From the IMG/VR virus record IMGVR_UViG_2740892031_000002: a DNA stretch of 29,553 nucleotides; one strand, 5' to 3'. Under the pieces are notes generated by a model, which did not search any database, had not been told where the DNA came from, and saw only the letters and a list, made by a program, of their open reading frames with translations. This DNA comes from a virus. Its lineage: Duplodnaviria; Heunggongvirae; Uroviricota; Caudoviricetes. A program made the translations under genes and the position numbers. Below are positions 24,789 to 29,553 of the stretch, one piece after another; positions within the stretch are counted from its first letter, which is position 1, and the number at the start of each line of letters is the position of its first letter.

Positions 24789-27407
24789 ATGAGCACGAAA
24801 TTTAAAACCGTTATCACTACTGCCGGAGCCGCGAAGCTGGCAGCCGCTACTGTTCCCGGCGGGAAAAAAGTAAACCTGTCTGCAATGGCTGTGGGTGACG
24901 GTAATGGCCAATTGCCGGTGCCGGATGCCGGTCAGACGAAACTGGTGCATGAAGTCTGGCGTCACGCTCTGAATAAAGTCAGTGTGGATAACAAGAATAA
25001 AAACTATATCGTGGCTGAACTGGTTGTTCCGCCAGAAGTGGGCGGCTTCTGGATGCGTGAGCTTGGTCTGTATGATGATGCCGGAACACTGATTGCGGTA
25101 TCCAACATGGCAGAAAGCTATAAGCCAGAACTGGCTGAAGGCTCCGGACGTGCGCAGACCTGCCGCATGGTTATTATTCTCAGTAACGTGGCGTCCGTTG
25201 AGCTGAGTATTGATGCCAGCACAGTGATGGCGACGCAGGATTACGTCGATGACAAAATCGCAGAGCATGAGCAGTCCCGCCGCCATCCTGACGCCACGCT
25301 GACAGAGAAAGGTTTTACTCAGTTAAGCAGTGCAACAAACAGCACCAGTGAGTCACTGGCGGCAACGCCAAAAGCGGTCAAGGCTGCGAATGACAACGCA
25401 AATTCACGTCTGGCGAAAAATCAGAACGGTGCAGATATCCAGGATAAATCAGCTTTTCTGGACAATGTTGGCGTTACCAGCCTGACGTTTATGAAAAACA
25501 ATGGCGAAATGCCGGTTGATGCTGATCTGAATACGTTTGGTCCTGTTAAGGCTTATTCAGGTATCTGGTCTAAAGCAACATCCACCAACGCAACACTGGA
25601 GAAAAATTTCCCGGAAGATAATGCTGTCGGTGTGCTTGAGGTTTTTGCTGCCGGCAATTTTGCAGGTACGCAACGCTTTACCACAAGAGACGGCAATGTA
25701 TACATGCGTAAACTCGCCAATAAGTGGAATGGCACTGATGGTCCGTGGGGCGTATGGCGTCACACTCAATCAGCGACCCGCCCTTTGAGTACGACTATAG
25801 ACCTGAATACGCTTGGAGCCGCCGAGCATCTTGGTTTATGGCGTAACAGTAGCTCGGCTATAGCTTCATATGAACGCAATTATCCAGAGGAAGGCGGCTT
25901 TGCTCAGGGGACGCTTGAGATCCTCGAAGGCGGGAATTATGGAAGAACGCAACGTTATACCACTCGCCGTGGAAATATGTACGTCCGCTGCCTTGCGGCA
26001 AGCTGGGATGCATCAAATCCGCAGTGGGAACCGTGGTTAAGAGTTGGTCATCAGTCAGAGAGTCGTTATTACGACGGGGATTTGAATGATGTGACTTCAC
26101 CAGGTATTTACAGCGTTACAGGTAAAGCGACCAACGGTCCAATACTGGACGGAAACGGCGTGACAGTCCTCGGTATTCTGGAAGTGTTGAGGCGCTTTGA
26201 TGGTGTTAACGTATGGCAGCGTTATACAACTGCCGGAACAGGTGCAACCCTTAAAGGTCGCACGTTTGAGCGCGTCTATACCGGCAGCTCGTGGAGCGAA
26301 TGGCGGGAAGTCTACACCTCGTATTCACTTCCCCTGAATCTGGGTATCGGCGGTGCAGTGGCAAAGCTCACCAGCCTGGACTGGCAGACCCACGACTTTG
26401 TGCCGGGCAGTCTGATAACCGTTCGGCTTGATAACATGACCAACATTCCCGACGGTATGGACTGGGGCGTCATTGATGGCAACCTGATAAACATCGCAGT
26501 TGGTCCGAGTGATGATTCCGGTACGGGGCGCTCAATGCATGTATGGCGCAGCACTGTAAGTAAAGCGAATTACCGCTTTTTTATGGTGCGTATTTCAGGA
26601 AATCCGGGAAGCCGCACGATCACGACAAGACGTGTGCCAATTATCGACGAAGCTCAGACATGGGCGGCGAAACAGACATTCAGCGGTGGTCTTTCAGGCG
26701 AACTGTCCGGCAATGCGGCTACAGCAACAAAGCTGAAAACGGCAAGGACAATTAACGGCGTGAAATTTGACGGCTCGGCAAATATTGAAGTATTTCCGCC
26801 AGGTGTTCCGCTGCCATGGCCATCAGATACACCGCCTGCAGGCTATGCAATCATGCAGGGACAGACGTTTGATAAGGCAGCATATCCGAAACTGGCTATT
26901 GCCTATCCTTCTGGTGTTATTCCAGATATGCGCGGCTGGACAATCAAGGGCAAACCCGCCAGTGGGCGTGCCGTATTGTCACAGGAACAGGACGGGATTA
27001 AATCGCATACTCACAGCGCCAGTGCGTCAAATACGGACTTAGGAACGAAAACGACCAGTTCATTTGATTACGGGACAAAAACAGTCAGTACGTTTAACCA
27101 CGGCACAAAATCAACCAATACTTCTGGCAATCATACACATACCGTCGGTTTTGCTGTGAGCGTGCAATCAGGCGGTGCAGATTATGGTGTTCCGCGAAGT
27201 GATAAAGGTGCTACGACTACAAGTTCATCAGGCAATCATGCACATACAGTCGACATTGGAGCACATAACCATACTGTTGGTATTGGTGCACATTCACACA
27301 CTGTTGCTATTGGCTCACACGGGCATTCCATTACCGTAAATGCTACTGGCAATACCGAAAACACCGTCAAAAACATCGCATTTAACTATATTGTGAGGCT
27401 TGCATAA
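24789..27407 (+). CDS. H: Tail fibre protein H (P2-type N-terminus; extended variable distal part with three tandem modules, a collar-like segment and HxH repeats)
   Basis: 872-aa ORF; N-terminal ~240 aa match P2 gpH ([20 protein letters not shown]...); contains the [19 protein letters not shown] fibre motif; longer than P2 H as I recall it. Confidence 0.9.
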   Translation: MSTKFKTVITTAGAAKLAAATVPGGKKVNLSAMAVGDGNGQLPVPDAGQTKLVHEVWRHALNKVSVDNKNKNYIVAELVVPPEVGGFWMRELGLYDDAGTLIAVSNMAESYKPELAEGSGRAQTCRMVIILSNVASVELSIDASTVMATQDYVDDKIAEHEQSRRHPDATLTEKGFTQLSSATNSTSESLAATPKAVKAANDNANSRLAKNQNGADIQDKSAFLDNVGVTSLTFMKNNGEMPVDADLNTFGPVKAYSGIWSKATSTNATLEKNFPEDNAVGVLEVFAAGNFAGTQRFTTRDGNVYMRKLANKWNGTDGPWGVWRHTQSATRPLSTTIDLNTLGAAEHLGLWRNSSSAIASYERNYPEEGGFAQGTLEILEGGNYGRTQRYTTRRGNMYVRCLAASWDASNPQWEPWLRVGHQSESRYYDGDLNDVTSPGIYSVTGKATNGPILDGNGVTVLGILEVLRRFDGVNVWQRYTTAGTGATLKGRTFERVYTGSSWSEWREVYTSYSLPLNLGIGGAVAKLTSLDWQTHDFVPGSLITVRLDNMTNIPDGMDWGVIDGNLINIAVGPSDDSGTGRSMHVWRSTVSKANYRFFMVRISGNPGSRTITTRRVPIIDEAQTWAAKQTFSGGLSGELSGNAATATKLKTARTINGVKFDGSANIEVFPPGVPLPWPSDTPPAGYAIMQGQTFDKAAYPKLAIAYPSGVIPDMRGWTIKGKPASGRAVLSQEQDGIKSHTHSASASNTDLGTKTTSSFDYGTKTVSTFNHGTKSTNTSGNHTHTVGFAVSVQSGGADYGVPRSDKGATTTSSSGNHAHTVDIGAHNHTVGIGAHSHTVAIGSHGHSITVNATGNTENTVKNIAFNYIVRLA

Positions 27408-27985
27408 TGGCTTTCAGAATGAGTGCAGAAGCACAAACTATCCGCGTTTTCAATTTACTTGATGGAACCAATGAGTTTATTGGCGAAAGTGATGCATATA
27501 TTCCGCCGTATACTGGCCTGCCTGCAAACAGTACAGATATTGCACCACCTGATATTCCTGCTGGTTATGCAGCCGTTTTCAATGCAGATGAAATGAAATG
27601 GGAGTTGATGGAAGATCATCGCGGAAAGACTGTCTACGAAACGAAAACGGGAGCAGCCATTTATATTTCTGAACTTGGCGCATTACCTCCAGACGTGACA
27701 GCCATTTCCCCGGAGGGGGATTATCAGAAATGGAACGGAAATGCGTGGGTGAATGATGAGAATGCAGAGCGTGATGCACTTGTCAGAGCGGCTGAGTCTC
27801 AGAAGAAAGAGCAGATTGCATATGCAGGTGAAATCATTGCCATGCTGCAGGATGCTGTCGATTTAGATATGGCTACCGAGGAAGAAAAGTTAAGCCTGAC
27901 ACACTGGAAAAAATACCGTGTGCTACTTAATCGCGTTCAGCCGGAAAATGCTCCGGATATAGAATGGCCTGAAATGCCGCAATAA
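27407..27985 (+). CDS. G: Tail fibre assembly chaperone (Tfa family)
   Basis: 192-aa ORF immediately after H with 1-nt start/stop overlap; C-terminal ...IEWPEMPQ typical of Tfa proteins. Confidence 0.85.
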   Translation: MAFRMSAEAQTIRVFNLLDGTNEFIGESDAYIPPYTGLPANSTDIAPPDIPAGYAAVFNADEMKWELMEDHRGKTVYETKTGAAIYISELGALPPDVTAISPEGDYQKWNGNAWVNDENAERDALVRAAESQKKEQIAYAGEIIAMLQDAVDLDMATEEEKLSLTHWKKYRVLLNRVQPENAPDIEWPEMPQ

Positions 27986-28313
27986 ATCGTATTAGCTCTG
28001 GTGTGAGATTACTCATCTATGGCACAGAGTAAAACCTAATCTGACTGTCCGCTCTGTGCTAGGAGCGGACGTGATGCATATCTGTCACCAAATTTAATGT
28101 GCCACTACAAACAGAGTATATAGTTGAATATTATAGTGCACCCCGGCCTCATGAATATAACGGTGGATTACCGCCGAACGAGTCGGAAAATAGATACTGG
28201 AAAAACTCTAAAATCGAGGCCAGTTTTTGTTGTTCTCTACAATAATAATCGGATTTTCCCATGACAAGTTTAATAGTATTTAGGTGCCTGAAGTGAAGTT
28301 GAAGAAGCTATTG

Positions 28314-29393
28314 ATGAAAGTTGTGAAAGTGGTAAAGGAGCAGGTTCTAAGTACCGTTATTTCGGGAATAATAGGCATAGCGGCTACAGTAGGGCTTTTC
28401 CATTTCACTTCACAGCCAATACGATCTGCTGATGTTCGCGAAAAATTAGTTGAAATGGCTCGGGAGTGCATCCAGCAGCAGCTTGCCACACATTTGGACT
28501 CAGTGGCGTTTGACTCAGTGGCTAGCGAGTCTCTCGATCTAAGCACCTCAAACTCCGTTGTAGTCTACGGAAGAACTGTGAGCACAAATGGTGCCCTTAG
28601 CCGTTTCCTGATGGTCTTCGAGCCCTCTGGACAGAGTTTGATAGATAAGGTGGTTGGCAGACCTGGATTCTACGATATTGGGTATTGGGCAATCATCCCA
28701 GACGCAGGGGACGACGAGGTTGTGGCTTCTTCAGTAAACATTGAAGACCTCGACAAAGATGGTAACAAGGACATACTAGTCCGCTTAAAGTCAACTTACG
28801 CGGATGGTGTATCCAAAGGGCTTCTTATACTTAAAAAGGATATCCATGATGTATGGCATTTGATGGGGCTTCCATCAATGACAGAGATCATGCATTCCAT
28901 TGCTGCAGGTCAGCCTCCCCAGCCGGAAGGTCTTCACCTTCCACTTCCGGCAATACAATGGTTTAGTAATGACGAAAAACTCAAACCAAAGTCTGATATC
29001 AAACAATATCTTAATTGGGAAATTGACGAAGATAACTTGCAGGTCGCTGATTCCACTGGAAATCATTCTTTTTGGATGTTCAGAAACGGCACCAAGATAA
29101 AAATGTTCGAGAATGGACAAGCCGGCTACAAGCACTTTGGTGTACTGGTCAACATCAATGATGAAGAGGCGATACAGGGAAGGCATCATCTCATGGTCAG
29201 CTTTTTCAAGATAGAGAATAATAGTTTGGTTCCTGATCCGAATTGGAACTGGGCCTATCCCATGTTCTCTATCGGATTAGAGGATAGCCAAGAAGTTGAA
29301 TTAAGTGACATGCAGGAAGCGGGCTTACAAGCTCATGTTTCTGGTAGCTCCGTTTTCGGCCTGACAGAGTTTGGGAAAATGGACTCAGATTAA
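28314..29393 (+). CDS. Hypothetical N-terminally membrane-anchored protein at the G-FI (P2 Z/fun) accessory locus
   Basis: Tracked ORF 28284..29393 starts at GTG; in-frame ATG at 28314 (MKVVKVVKEQ) is equally plausible. One N-terminal TM helix (VLSTVISGIIGIAATVGLF) followed by a ~330-aa soluble domain. AT-rich, separated from G by ~300 bp of AT-rich non-coding DNA; no homolog recognised. Confidence 0.75.
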   Translation: MKVVKVVKEQVLSTVISGIIGIAATVGLFHFTSQPIRSADVREKLVEMARECIQQQLATHLDSVAFDSVASESLDLSTSNSVVVYGRTVSTNGALSRFLMVFEPSGQSLIDKVVGRPGFYDIGYWAIIPDAGDDEVVASSVNIEDLDKDGNKDILVRLKSTYADGVSKGLLILKKDIHDVWHLMGLPSMTEIMHSIAAGQPPQPEGLHLPLPAIQWFSNDEKLKPKSDIKQYLNWEIDEDNLQVADSTGNHSFWMFRNGTKIKMFENGQAGYKHFGVLVNINDEEAIQGRHHLMVSFFKIENNSLVPDPNWNWAYPMFSIGLEDSQEVELSDMQEAGLQAHVSGSSVFGLTEFGKMDSD

Positions 29394-29553
29394 TATTCGC
29401 TAACCTTACCAACGAAGAGCAGGTCACAGGTATGGCCTAATTATGTTTTCAGAGGAGTCAGGGCTCAAGAATGCCCCCTGCGTATTTTCATGAAAGGAGA
29501 TCACTCAATAACTTCCATCGAGATCGGGTAATAACATTTGAACAGATCGCTGA

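Larger units (their letters stand above)
2949..29553. mobile_element. P2-like (Peduovirus) prophage, left ~26.6 kb; continues beyond the window end
   Basis: Complete P2 gene order int-C-cox-B-orf80..83-A-[cargo]-cos-Q-P-O-N-M-L-X-Y-K-lysA-lysB-lysC-R-S-[cargo]-V-W-J-I-H-G-[cargo], with protein sequences closely matching P2 as I recall them. Confidence 0.9.

Noticed and set aside
23771-27042. Antisense or alternative-frame ORFs within J, I and H
   Set aside because: Embedded in conserved baseplate and tail-fibre genes.
28021-28070. Overlapping inverted repeats after G (cacagag/ctctgtg and gtccgctc/gagcggac)
   Set aside because: No T-run follows and the two alternative stems conflict; could be a weak terminator but not supportable as a feature.
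28280-29189. ORFs overlapping the fun-locus gene (28280..28546 -, 28875..29189 -, 28900..29100 +)
   Set aside because: Antisense or alternative frame of the larger ORF with a membrane anchor and consistent composition.
1-29553. CRISPR arrays, IS elements/transposases, tRNA or rRNA genes
   Set aside because: No short regularly spaced direct repeats, no transposase-like ORFs or terminal inverted repeats, and no tRNA-like cloverleaf candidates were seen; the P2-type att site here is intergenic, not in a tRNA.

Overview
The window begins with host chromosome (a DeoR-family regulator consistent with gatR, the lipid kinase yegS, and a small lipoprotein-like gene consistent with yegR) and then runs from about 2.95 kb to the end through the left ~26.6 kb of a P2-like (Peduovirus) prophage. 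The prophage is recognisable from an att core-like sequence and int through C, cox, B, orf80-83-like genes, A, the cos site, Q-P-O-N-M-L-X-Y-K, lysA/B/C, R, S, V-W-J-I, and tail fibre H with its assembly protein G; FI through ogr and attR lie beyond the window. The phage backbone is syntenic and closely similar to P2, but three visibly AT-rich cargo islands sit at the canonical P2 accessory loci. (1) The A-to-cos hotspot, where P2 carries orf91/tin/old, instead holds a 4-TM membrane protein, a ComEC/Rec2-like metallo-beta-lactamase-fold hydrolase and an upstream ~145-aa unknown protein. (2) The S-V (orf30) locus holds a 261-aa multi-pass membrane protein. (3) The G-FI (Z/fun) locus holds a ~360-aa N-terminally membrane-anchored protein. 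The A-to-cos cassette is the best candidate for an undescribed anti-phage or abortive-infection system; none of its three proteins could be matched by eye to a named defence family. All homology calls rest on reading the translations and recalled family motifs; no database search was possible.
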